From Candidatus Thorarchaeota archaeon (GTDB taxonomy: Archaea; Asgardarchaeota; Thorarchaeia; Thorarchaeales; Thorarchaeaceae): 58,352 bases of DNA. A program made the position numbers and the translations under genes. Numbering within the stretch: the stretch's first letter is position 1; every line of letters starts with the position of its first letter. Positions 1-8,493 of the stretch are shown piece by piece. The stretch spans positions 5,745 through 64,096 of the forward strand of contig JBHLQH010000008.1 of the NCBI GenBank assembly GCA_048884965.1. The letters run 5' to 3'. Under the pieces are notes generated by a model, which was not told the DNA's origin, searched no databases, and worked only from the letters and a program-made list of their open reading frames with translations.

Positions 1-30
1 TCGCTGGTTCAAATCCGGCGCGGCCCACCA
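1..30 (+). tRNA. 3' end of a tRNA gene truncated by the window edge; isotype not determinable
   Basis: T-arm GCTGG-TTCAAAT-CCGGC, acceptor 3' strand GCGGCCC, discriminator A, encoded CCA. Confidence 0.85.
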
Positions 31-417
31 TTATTTTTTGTAAGATCATTCCATCAAGATAGAAATGACGTTTCTAGTGAATCTGTGCTACCTCTTCCCA
101 CGTCTCCTGTAGTACACCGTTCATGTATACTCGCGTGAACGAATTTAGTAACACTTGGCTCTAGCGATGATAATTGCCATTGAACCTCAATTAGAAGTCT
201 AAATGTTTCATATGATTTGGATAGTGATTCTCAATTTACGTTTGCTATATCAAAATTAATGATGGTATTTAGACTATTCATATTGATTCATTTGGTCCTG
301 AATGTGTGGGGGATATCCACAACGGTTTCCAGAATCCTGACACATCAGCAACTTGAACAACCGGCAGATGATAATCTTATATCTAAGTGAAGCGAACATG
401 TAAACTCAAAAAAGATC

Positions 418-822
418 ATGAGGTGTAAACATTTGAATGTAAACGAAAGACCATCAAAAGCTTTCACCTTATCCCTAAGTGCAGGAATTCTAATACTTTG
501 CAACGCTGTGGCAGTGGGAATTGCATCAACATGGTTTCCTTGGATTTTTCCAATACTTCCAGGGTCGGACAATAACGCAACAGTTCCATTTGCGAGTATT
601 ACAGTCATCGGACTGATTTGCGGTGCGCTGGTACTGTTTGGGGCAATAATGTTGCACGCTAAATTCGAAAATCGAAAGGTATGGGCCATAGTGATAATCG
701 CATTCTCAATACCCAGCGTGGTCACGGGAGGAGGATTCATAGTAGGCTTCATACTAGGAATAATTGGCGGAGTAAATGCAATCAGATGGACACCTAACTT
801 GTCAGCAACTGAATCTCATTAG
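418..822 (+). CDS. small multi-pass membrane protein, function unknown
   Basis: 134-aa ORF with 3-4 hydrophobic segments and a GGFIVGFILGIIGG motif. Confidence 0.7.
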   Translation: MRCKHLNVNERPSKAFTLSLSAGILILCNAVAVGIASTWFPWIFPILPGSDNNATVPFASITVIGLICGALVLFGAIMLHAKFENRKVWAIVIIAFSIPSVVTGGGFIVGFILGIIGGVNAIRWTPNLSATESH

Positions 823-964
823 TTAGTGCCTATGTTCCATTATTGATGAAACATGACAATAACGGGCATAAACCGCGATTGATGGATGATATTTCTAAGA
901 CTGATTAAGAGCAAATGCTTTTGGAGAAATCATCAGGAGGATTATGAGGCATGGGAGTTGTCTT

Positions 965-989
965 GACTCAAATCCGTCGCGGTCCACCA
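965..989 (+). repeat. degenerate direct repeat of the tRNA 3' end (att-like)
   Basis: GACTCAAATCCGTCGCGGTCCACCA matches 6-30 (GGTTCAAATCCGGCGCGGCCCACCA) at 21/25. Confidence 0.75.
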
Positions 990-1073
990 CTTCTCAATCC
1001 CTATCGAAAATAGAGAGATTCATGACTAGGGTTCATCGATATTCGTTTTTTTTCGAGTTCTGATTGCCGCTTA

Positions 1074-2483
1074 TTATTCGCTCAATACAACTCGCTTCAA
1101 TCGCTCTTCGATTTCATCTTTGAGCTTCTCATACCACATGACAATAGTTGCTACATTCAAGCTCATTGTTGTTCTGAAGAAAGATATCAAAGTGTCCGGT
1201 ATTATCGCATCAGAGAAGGATGCATCCAGACGATAGGGAGCATGAGTACTAGCAGAATATGAATATGGTTCAGCCATTTTGTACTCGGTGAATAAGAATG
1301 GTGTATTCATTATCTTTCGTTCGTGTGCATCACAGGTATATCTTATAGAATCGGAATCATGAAAAATCATCAACAGGACAGATTTATGATACTTGTTCTT
1401 AAAGCCCCTTTCATAATCCATTCTGAAAATGACATGGAGAATTTCTTCGATTGTGGACCCTACAGGCATCTCAAGTCCAAAGTGGAATCTTACTTCGTCA
1501 ACAGAAAGTTCATCACTCGATCCAGGTCCAGCTTTTTGAGCAAAGATGCCAAATGAGAGTGTGTGGCCCGTACCGTGAGTTTCTAGAATGTGCTTCAAAA
1601 AGAGTGCGTTTCTATTGTTGGATTCTAACTTCAAAATTCTATCAATGATCTCCAATGCCTCATCCTTTTTCTCGAGAAATCCATAAACTCTTGAAAGATC
1701 CCAAAGTGCTTCAATATCATCTCCATTGATATCAATAATTTTCTGAAGTTTGTCTTGTGCCTTTTCATATTCTTCATAGATAATGTGCAATCTGCTACGC
1801 AACAACAATACTCGTGTGTCTTCAGGATTATTCTCCTGTAAGTGATCAAGAAGCGCTATAGATCTATCATACTCGGCTCCTCCAACAAACAATCTAGCTA
1901 GAAGCAGCAGATAGTCTTCTTTCAAAGCCTCTTGATTTCCCAACAATGCACCAATCCATTCTGCTTCTGGTCTTCCAAGTACTTGATATTGATCTAGCAA
2001 TTTCCTCCATAATTCCAGACGAGTTGGTTCATTTAGGAGTGGTACTCTTGCTGCTTTAAGCTCTTGATGGAGTTTTGCAGAATTCCTATCGGCACTGGCT
2101 ATAGATACTAATTTCCCAACAATGGGGTCTTGATCGCTCATACTACTAATTTGTCTTGTCAAATCTGCTGTAGCTGCCATGAATATATCAGATATACTAG
2201 ATTGTGGCTGCTCGATTGTACCTTTGGAGGGTTCTACATCCAGGTTCTCGTCTTCTATACCTATCTTAATCCATGCAATTCTCTTGCTCGAAGTGCCTTC
2301 AAAGGCTAGCTTAACGATATCTCCTACAGAAGGTACAGGACCCTTAGATTTCCGATCGTATTTCAGAGTGAATCTTGTTTTTCTTGTTATAGTTTCAATT
2401 ATGATTGTCCCAAAATGGAAGCCAGACATTTCGCTAATCTGAGTACTTAGCACTTTTCCTGTTAATTCGACCTCCATAGCCAA
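1074..2483 (-). CDS. tetratricopeptide-repeat protein with a small beta-rich N-terminal domain
   Basis: Helical TPR-like repeats (e.g. ALWDLSRVYGFLEKKDEALEIIDRILKLESNN). Confidence 0.75.
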   Translation of the reverse strand: MAMEVELTGKVLSTQISEMSGFHFGTIIIETITRKTRFTLKYDRKSKGPVPSVGDIVKLAFEGTSSKRIAWIKIGIEDENLDVEPSKGTIEQPQSSISDIFMAATADLTRQISSMSDQDPIVGKLVSIASADRNSAKLHQELKAARVPLLNEPTRLELWRKLLDQYQVLGRPEAEWIGALLGNQEALKEDYLLLLARLFVGGAEYDRSIALLDHLQENNPEDTRVLLLRSRLHIIYEEYEKAQDKLQKIIDINGDDIEALWDLSRVYGFLEKKDEALEIIDRILKLESNNRNALFLKHILETHGTGHTLSFGIFAQKAGPGSSDELSVDEVRFHFGLEMPVGSTIEEILHVIFRMDYERGFKNKYHKSVLLMIFHDSDSIRYTCDAHERKIMNTPFLFTEYKMAEPYSYSASTHAPYRLDASFSDAIIPDTLISFFRTTMSLNVATIVMWYEKLKDEIEERLKRVVLSE

Positions 2484-2536
2484 AACCTCAGAGTGTCTAT
2501 CCTCAAGTGTTCATTATATCCATTTTGGTTAATCGC

Positions 2537-2561
2537 GGTTCAAATCCGGCGTAGCCTACAA
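2537..2561 (+). repeat. second degenerate direct repeat of the tRNA 3' end (att-like)
   Basis: GGTTCAAATCCGGCGTAGCCTACAA: first 15 nt identical to 6-20, 21/25 overall; preceded by TCGC as at 1-4. Confidence 0.75.
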
Positions 2562-2630
2562 CCTCCATTTTTCAGAATGCTTCCAAGAGCTATTGACTCA
2601 TGCCTATGTCGCTGAAAACCCAATCTCAAT

Positions 2631-4901
2631 TCATCTTGTCTGCAGTTTTTCTTTGGTGAGAAATACTATTGCAATGAGAACGACTCCTCCAACAAGAATA
2701 CCACCTGCTATTGATATGTACTGGACAAATATCTCACCTATTTGCAGTCGCGTCGTTGTTTCTGTAGTCGCATCAGTACTTGCTGTGGTATCTGTGGTCG
2801 TTGAATCTGACATATCAGGTAATGATGGAAAGATGTCAATTGAATACGAGGGAAGAGATTTTGTTTCCGAGAGTAGAAGCAATCTTGTTCCATTAGCTGC
2901 AACATTCACATCGAACGAGAGCCTCTGTCCTGAAGATGCTACGCTCCCTAATGATGCATTCTCATCTAGGCTGTGAATCCAGTAATTCCCATCAGGGAAT
3001 CCGAACCGGGAGAGGTCAAGAGTGTACGGAATGGTCCGACTACTATCTTCAAAGTTGCAGACGCCTGCCAGAATGGTATAGGCATTCACCTTTGCTTGAG
3101 TAATGAGAGCATGCTCGGTTTCAGGAGTTGATACAGAGTCGGTTGCATCTATGTAGGTGGCAAAGGCTCTGACTACCTGCCTGTATAGAGAATGAAGAGC
3201 ATCTCTTTCATCGGGATCGAAAGTGTACCATGTGTCCCCAGGTACTTCAGATAGATATCGAAGACCGAAATAAAGCATCCACCCGCTATCGGGTCGAGAG
3301 GAGTTATGATAGAGAAGCAGAGGAGAGTCAGTCAGAAGGGTTGCATTATCATCCTCATCGATAGTGTAGAAACCACCAATGGAGTGATGATCCTCAGTCA
3401 GGTTCTCTCCAGGAAAGAGGTAGGTCACATGATAGGGAATGTCAAATTCCATCTTCAGATCAAGAACATTGGGTTCTGTGATGTTGATAAGCATCTTACC
3501 CTGAATATAGGACTCGGTCAGGTTCTCTTCGATTGAGAATATTTCATTTCGCTGGATTCCGTCCTTGGCATAGATTCCCCCCAGAAAGATTGCATTCCCT
3601 CCAGATTCCACATATTCATTGACCTTTCGTACCGTATCGTCCAAATACCAGTCATCTGTGACTACAAGAAGAGAGTAGCATGAGAGGTCCAAGTCCATAG
3701 TTGCGAAGTATCTGTGATTTACAATATCATATTCGGTGAATAGACCAGCTTGCGCTACATTTGGATAGTATCCATTCCCAATCACCAGCGCTCGTGGAGC
3801 TGGTTCCATGACAGGGAGATAGCTCAACTGCCCAGCTAGATTATCTATATATCTCCAGATTTGGCGACCAAGATTATCAGTTCGAGCATGTCCGAATTTC
3901 CAGACATAGCTATCATTGTTCTCAGGAGCCCAATCGAAATAGCCAATTACGTCTGCACCTGAGAGATATGATACCCAAGTTTCGCGGCGTATCTGCTCGA
4001 AACTGCCTATCTTGTAGTACTCTCCATCTCCTGCTTCATTCAGGAAATCCCAGATAGTACCCCAGAGGTCCCAATGAAGTGGCTTGTTTGGGATGCTGGT
4101 CTTGTATAATCGTATACCTTCGTGTAGCAGCCACGGGTTGTCAAAAGCGTAATAGCAGTCCATGGCATGGATTTCTGCCTTCAGTTCATAGGCTGAGCAG
4201 AGCTCATCAGATAGCCCCCATATTGGAGGCATCATAACATATTGCATGATGAGTGCATGAGGAACTTGTGACTTCACATAGTCATACATGTAGTTGTATA
4301 CCCAGATTGTCTTCTCATTGAGCCATTCAATGAATGTGTATCTCTCTGAATCATTCATCCCATAGATAGGCTTCATGTAGAAACCTGTTTCATCGTTATA
4401 GGTAGCATTGTATTGTCCGATCTGTGGAGAAACAGATCCATAGATCTCTGATTGCCGTAACCATGCAGGCTCCTCGTCCCCCAAGCAGATTGCCCAGATG
4501 TCATCCTTAGCAATGGGATACGCGAACTGTTCTGGTCCTCCTGCATAACTAGGTAGGATTCCATATAGGCTCTCGTTGATCGCTTCCTTAGCGAAGGTCC
4601 TAATGGTCTCATTGTAGTAGATATCCAAGGGATTGCTGACATTATTGTTCCACCATCCCTCACCATGTATTATTTTGATTCCAGCTTGAGCTAGCTCATG
4701 AATGAGCCGGGCATCCGATTCGCCGGCATGACCTCCGAATCCCCACATAGTGAAGTTGCTGTTGATCATTGCTGCCGCATCGTCACATATCCCACCGTGT
4801 CTTCCGCCTACTGCATTGGCAGTCGGTAGGCAAGTTACGGAAAGAAGAAGCAGATTGACCAGAAGAAGCGCGGAAACGCCTCGAGAACCTAACCAACTCA
4901 A
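2631..4901 (-). CDS. exported, C-terminally anchored glycoside hydrolase-like protein (GH-A-like barrel plus GH42-type trimerisation-like domain)
   Basis: N-terminal signal peptide, LGDEEP motif, Thr-rich linker, C-terminal TM helix with basic tail. Confidence 0.55.
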   Translation of the reverse strand: MSWLGSRGVSALLLVNLLLLSVTCLPTANAVGGRHGGICDDAAAMINSNFTMWGFGGHAGESDARLIHELAQAGIKIIHGEGWWNNNVSNPLDIYYNETIRTFAKEAINESLYGILPSYAGGPEQFAYPIAKDDIWAICLGDEEPAWLRQSEIYGSVSPQIGQYNATYNDETGFYMKPIYGMNDSERYTFIEWLNEKTIWVYNYMYDYVKSQVPHALIMQYVMMPPIWGLSDELCSAYELKAEIHAMDCYYAFDNPWLLHEGIRLYKTSIPNKPLHWDLWGTIWDFLNEAGDGEYYKIGSFEQIRRETWVSYLSGADVIGYFDWAPENNDSYVWKFGHARTDNLGRQIWRYIDNLAGQLSYLPVMEPAPRALVIGNGYYPNVAQAGLFTEYDIVNHRYFATMDLDLSCYSLLVVTDDWYLDDTVRKVNEYVESGGNAIFLGGIYAKDGIQRNEIFSIEENLTESYIQGKMLINITEPNVLDLKMEFDIPYHVTYLFPGENLTEDHHSIGGFYTIDEDDNATLLTDSPLLLYHNSSRPDSGWMLYFGLRYLSEVPGDTWYTFDPDERDALHSLYRQVVRAFATYIDATDSVSTPETEHALITQAKVNAYTILAGVCNFEDSSRTIPYTLDLSRFGFPDGNYWIHSLDENASLGSVASSGQRLSFDVNVAANGTRLLLLSETKSLPSYSIDIFPSLPDMSDSTTTDTTASTDATTETTTRLQIGEIFVQYISIAGGILVGGVVLIAIVFLTKEKLQTR

Positions 4902-5008
4902 CTCAAATCCCCGTAGTAGTCGCTACATTTGCCAAAATGTCTTTCGATACTTTATAGGTAAACGATTTGGAAAGATGCAATCCGACTCATCAGAGGATTG
5001 CGCGAATT

Positions 5009-5404
5009 CTAGGAGAAGAAGTTGCTATCCTGAATGATCCTTGTCATGTCCTCAAAGATCTCAAGACTTGAGTTCTCCGTTAGAAAAGGGAGGATATCGG
5101 CGTACTTCGACATGAATGTTTCAACAAATGTCTGAAGTCTTCGGTGATTATCATTGGAATTCCCGTCATCTACGGTGAGTGCGAAGATCAACTTATCCTT
5201 AGCATGGACTAGTAGAGATTCGTCAGCCATCTTGATCATCTTGATGTTGGCTCCTGTCAGTATGGGTATCGCTTGATGGATAACACTGACAAGAGCGCCG
5301 ACTCCTTGGATTGTTTTTCTTAGGGACTCATTAGGTATAAACTCGTGCGCATAGATCAGTCGCCCATGTTCCCCAACTACCATTATGTTGCGGATCATAT
5401 CCAC
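5009..5404 (-). CDS. longin-like domain protein
   Basis: Pattern MIRNIMVVGEHGRLIY, helix, beta-meander LIFALTVD, helix LQTFVETFMSKY; 131 aa. Confidence 0.6.
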   Translation of the reverse strand: MDMIRNIMVVGEHGRLIYAHEFIPNESLRKTIQGVGALVSVIHQAIPILTGANIKMIKMADESLLVHAKDKLIFALTVDDGNSNDNHRRLQTFVETFMSKYADILPFLTENSSLEIFEDMTRIIQDSNFFS

Positions 5405-5456
5405 TAGCCATCATACTAGTCGTATTATTCTAATTAGAACCTATGTCTGATTTCCT

Positions 5457-6011
5457 CTAGAAGTACATTCCAGCTCTCATAGGGTAGCGTTTCTTGAAGA
5501 TGCTCTGGGCGGATCTCTCAAGGGAGTCCTGTATCTTCAATACATCTGGGCTGATACTACCTAGATCTGGACGTGTGAAGACCGGGCCAGTTAGAAGGTG
5601 TTCAGCGGAAGTCCGCTCAATGTCCTTGGGTACTATTGGGTCTCTCTGAATAATGGACTCAAGATGTAACCGGGATGCTGCTGGATCTGTCATAGATTCG
5701 AGCAGTTTCTGGATATCCAGATTGTCAAGAGGACGAAGCCCATACTCGGGAGACTCGCGCAGCCTATCTATGGCAGCATTCGAGTCAGAGAGCTCGATAC
5801 CAGCCCCCGTGAACTCCATGGGATTTAGAGATATGAGTTTGAGCTGAAAAGCGGAATCAGGACCGACAACAAGCATTTCACCTCGCGGTGTGCTTAGTAC
5901 TCTCCACCCCCTGGGTGATTTGGAGTACTGACTAAGGATGCGCGGTACAATCTCATCAGCAGGTTCGATATCGGTCAATGTGCTCAATCTATCTATGAAG
6001 ATTCCTTTCAT
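5457..6011 (-). CDS. hypothetical protein
   Basis: 184-aa ATG ORF, globular composition, co-oriented with neighbours. Confidence 0.7.
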   Translation of the reverse strand: MKGIFIDRLSTLTDIEPADEIVPRILSQYSKSPRGWRVLSTPRGEMLVVGPDSAFQLKLISLNPMEFTGAGIELSDSNAAIDRLRESPEYGLRPLDNLDIQKLLESMTDPAASRLHLESIIQRDPIVPKDIERTSAEHLLTGPVFTRPDLGSISPDVLKIQDSLERSAQSIFKKRYPMRAGMYF

Positions 6012-6077
6012 ATTCTTATCGATAGAACCGGTGGCATATGGCGCGAATCAGGCAGTGATGATGAAAGGCGTTCTTAC

Positions 6078-6467
6078 TTAGGGTCGAATGGAAAGAGCTT
6101 CTCCAATAGAAGTGTTGGCTGTCAAAGCTCCTCTTACAAGACCACACTCTATACGGAGTGACTCGATGACCTCGGAGATTCTCTCCTCGATGTCATCGAC
6201 CTGTTCGTCCCAACTAATCTTTGGATCATAGAAATCCTCATAGCTGACGGTGTAGGAGAAGTTCAGTAGGATATCCCGAATCCTCACACCAACAGCCGTA
6301 AAAGTCACTCTTCGAAGGCGTTGGGGGTCATCAAGGAAAGGTCCTTTGTAGAAGTCAGGTCTGTAGGTGACCAATGCTGCTTCTCGCGCGTATTGTTCAA
6401 AATCCTCATACCTATCCAGGATTACTGGTAGGCCCATGTTATTCGTTAGCTCGTGCACGTATCTCAC
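6078..6467 (-). CDS. hypothetical protein
   Basis: 129-aa ORF; true start may be the ATG of MGLPVILD. Confidence 0.65.
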   Translation of the reverse strand: MRYVHELTNNMGLPVILDRYEDFEQYAREAALVTYRPDFYKGPFLDDPQRLRRVTFTAVGVRIRDILLNFSYTVSYEDFYDPKISWDEQVDDIEERISEVIESLRIECGLVRGALTANTSIGEALSIRP

Positions 6468-6482
6468 CGGTTCCGACGCTTG

Positions 6483-6671
6483 ACCCTCTCACCCCACCAT
6501 TTCCAGTGGAGCCAGTCGAGGGCACTCGCTTGTACAAGCCTTGCGGCCCGCATACATACCTATTATACTATGTTGTATATAAATATTTTTGTTTATTTAT
6601 TTTTATAAATATTTATCTATATAAATCAACTTGGAACACGTGTTCTAATAGAATCGAGGAGGTAAGAGGGT
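6483..6671. other. candidate replication origin: inverted ORB-like elements (6483-6512 minus, 6642-6671 plus) flanking an AT-rich stretch (6561-6626)
   Basis: GCTCCACTGGAAATGGTGGGGT on minus resembles the archaeal ORB (TCCAnTGGAAA plus G-string); weaker GTTCTAATAGAATCGAGGAGGT on plus; only 5 G/C in the 66 nt of 6561-6626. Confidence 0.6.
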
Positions 6672-6687
6672 GTGATTGTCTGAAAAA

Positions 6688-7140
6688 TTAGAATGTGTCA
6701 CAGATTCTCCTGATTCGTCCAATCTGAACCAGTTTGACATACGCAAAGTACTCAAAGAGCCTGCTAACGACTTTGGATTTTGCACGAGCGGCAATAGACA
6801 GGAAGAATGTGTATCCCTTGATCTCATGGTTCAAAGCCTTGTTGCATACGAAAATTCGTGGATCAGTGTCCTCTCTTGTCAAATCAAAGGGAGTGGCATC
6901 AGGCTCTTCATCTAGAAGGTTCGAATCAGACAACTCCTGCAACTCCGTACTGATGCCAAAACGCATCATCTCCTTGATCTTGTCCATCAGCTCTGACTCT
7001 GTTTCAGCAAGCACTGTCAGAAGAGCCTTCACTTCAGGAGTTTCGGCGGCCATTGAGGCTTTGTGGTAGTATTGATAGTGATTTGCCACCGTGGTCAAGG
7101 CCAGCTTCAGCATTTGGGTGACAGGGTTTGGTGAACTCAT
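6688..7140 (-). CDS. ferritin/rubrerythrin-like four-helix-bundle protein (degenerate metal site)
   Basis: Two helix-pair halves (PEVKALLTVLAETE; AKSKVVSRLFEYFA); paralog of 7207-7659. Confidence 0.65.
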   Translation of the reverse strand: MSSPNPVTQMLKLALTTVANHYQYYHKASMAAETPEVKALLTVLAETESELMDKIKEMMRFGISTELQELSDSNLLDEEPDATPFDLTREDTDPRIFVCNKALNHEIKGYTFFLSIAARAKSKVVSRLFEYFAYVKLVQIGRIRRICDTF

Positions 7141-7206
7141 AGGACGGTCGGTATGATTACTCTTACTTGTAGAAATGGTTTTGCATTGTAAATACGAGCG
7201 CAGGAA

Positions 7207-7659
7207 TCAGAATGTCCTGCATATTTTGCGGAGCTGCTCAATTTGATGCATCTTGAGGTAGGCGAGATACTCGAATAGGAGACTAACGACCTCGGACTTG
7301 GCCTTTGTTGCAAGATTGAGATAGAGCTTGTAGCTGTTGAGCGCCTTGTCAAGTGATTTGTTGCAGATGAAGATGCGAGGGTCAGTTTCCTCTCTGAAAG
7401 GGTCGAAGGGAGTAGGATCAGGGATCTCATCACGGTCAGGGACCTGTTTGAGCTCTTCAAGCTCGTCAAGGATCCCTGTTGCGATCATATGCTGAATTTT
7501 GGCAATCATTTTGTGCTCTGAATCAGCAAGTACGAGCAGCAGTGCCTTCACCTCTGGTAGTTCAGTCTTCTCTGAAGTTGAAACAAAGAACTCGTGTTGC
7601 GATTTGGCTGAGAGCAATGCCAGCTTCAGCATTGGGTTTAGAGATCCTGAATCATTCAA
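7207..7659 (-). CDS. ferritin/rubrerythrin-like four-helix-bundle protein (degenerate metal site)
   Basis: 150 aa, aligns without gaps to 6688-7140. Confidence 0.65.
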   Translation of the reverse strand: MNDSGSLNPMLKLALLSAKSQHEFFVSTSEKTELPEVKALLLVLADSEHKMIAKIQHMIATGILDELEELKQVPDRDEIPDPTPFDPFREETDPRIFICNKSLDKALNSYKLYLNLATKAKSEVVSLLFEYLAYLKMHQIEQLRKICRTF

Positions 7660-7711
7660 TGTTAACGGGTATGGGTATTGAAAACCAGATGATAGGAATT
7701 TCTGTCATGAA

Positions 7712-8419
7712 CTAGGGCTTCTGGAAGTCTTGGGGATTGGCCAAGTATTCGGAGAGGAGCCTATGCTCACTATCAGACATCCTGCCTTTCAAGAGAGGCA
7801 GACCATCATCAACGAAACGAATGAGTGCATAAAGATTCATACCAGCGGCTTTCGCAGCTTCTCGCGCGCCCTGCTGTCTGTCTACCAGTACAGCGATATC
7901 ATCACAGGTCGTATCTTTGATGCCACGGTTCTCAAGCTCGGCTTGCACCTGCTCACGGGCGGTAATCTTACTAGTGAGTCCTGTGACGAGATCATCAACC
8001 AAACACAGCGCATCGCCGTCTTCTAGTATGCCTTCCACGAGGGCATGTTGACCATACTCTTGCAGTGCCTTCCTGAAGTCATCAGAGGTCTTGACACCAG
8101 CTATCTTTCTAGTGTGCACGGCGGGTAGCTTCGACTCAATAGACACCACTGTCGCGATGGGGACACCAGCAAATGCAATCCCCACAAGCTTATTGACATG
8201 AGGAGCTTCCTCTCGAATCATTATGGCCATAGCATGGCCGACCTTGGATAGAGTTTCTGGGAACGAACTGATAAGACGTAGCTGAATGTAGAAAGGACTC
8301 CACAGACCAGATATGAGCTTCCAACCTTCAGGACGATCTCTTTCAGAGGTCAATAACATCCTATTCTCATAGATCTCTGTCATAATCTCCTGCTTGAGCT
8401 TGGCAATGTCTGGACTCAT
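7712..8419 (-). CDS. pyrE: orotate phosphoribosyltransferase-like protein
   Basis: LISGLWSPFYIQLR, PRPP-binding CLVDDLVTG, VLVDRQQG; ATG start at 8419 preferred. Confidence 0.8.
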   Translation of the reverse strand: MSPDIAKLKQEIMTEIYENRMLLTSERDRPEGWKLISGLWSPFYIQLRLISSFPETLSKVGHAMAIMIREEAPHVNKLVGIAFAGVPIATVVSIESKLPAVHTRKIAGVKTSDDFRKALQEYGQHALVEGILEDGDALCLVDDLVTGLTSKITAREQVQAELENRGIKDTTCDDIAVLVDRQQGAREAAKAAGMNLYALIRFVDDGLPLLKGRMSDSEHRLLSEYLANPQDFQKP

Positions 8420-8493
8420 AATCGTGTACCCGGTCAAGGTAAACACTGAAAGGCTCTTAACTTTGACCGTGAATTGGAGGTAGGCGTTGGATT

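Noticed and set aside
4900-4927. ACTCAAATCC...CTACA as a fourth tRNA 3' repeat
   Set aside because: Only about 8 nt match, and it coincides with the SD/start region of 2631-4901 on the minus strand.
6483-6551. Hairpins on the minus strand read as a riboswitch or SECIS
   Set aside because: No family match and no in-frame TGA gene nearby; the ORB dyad explains much of the pairing. Kept only as an alternative.
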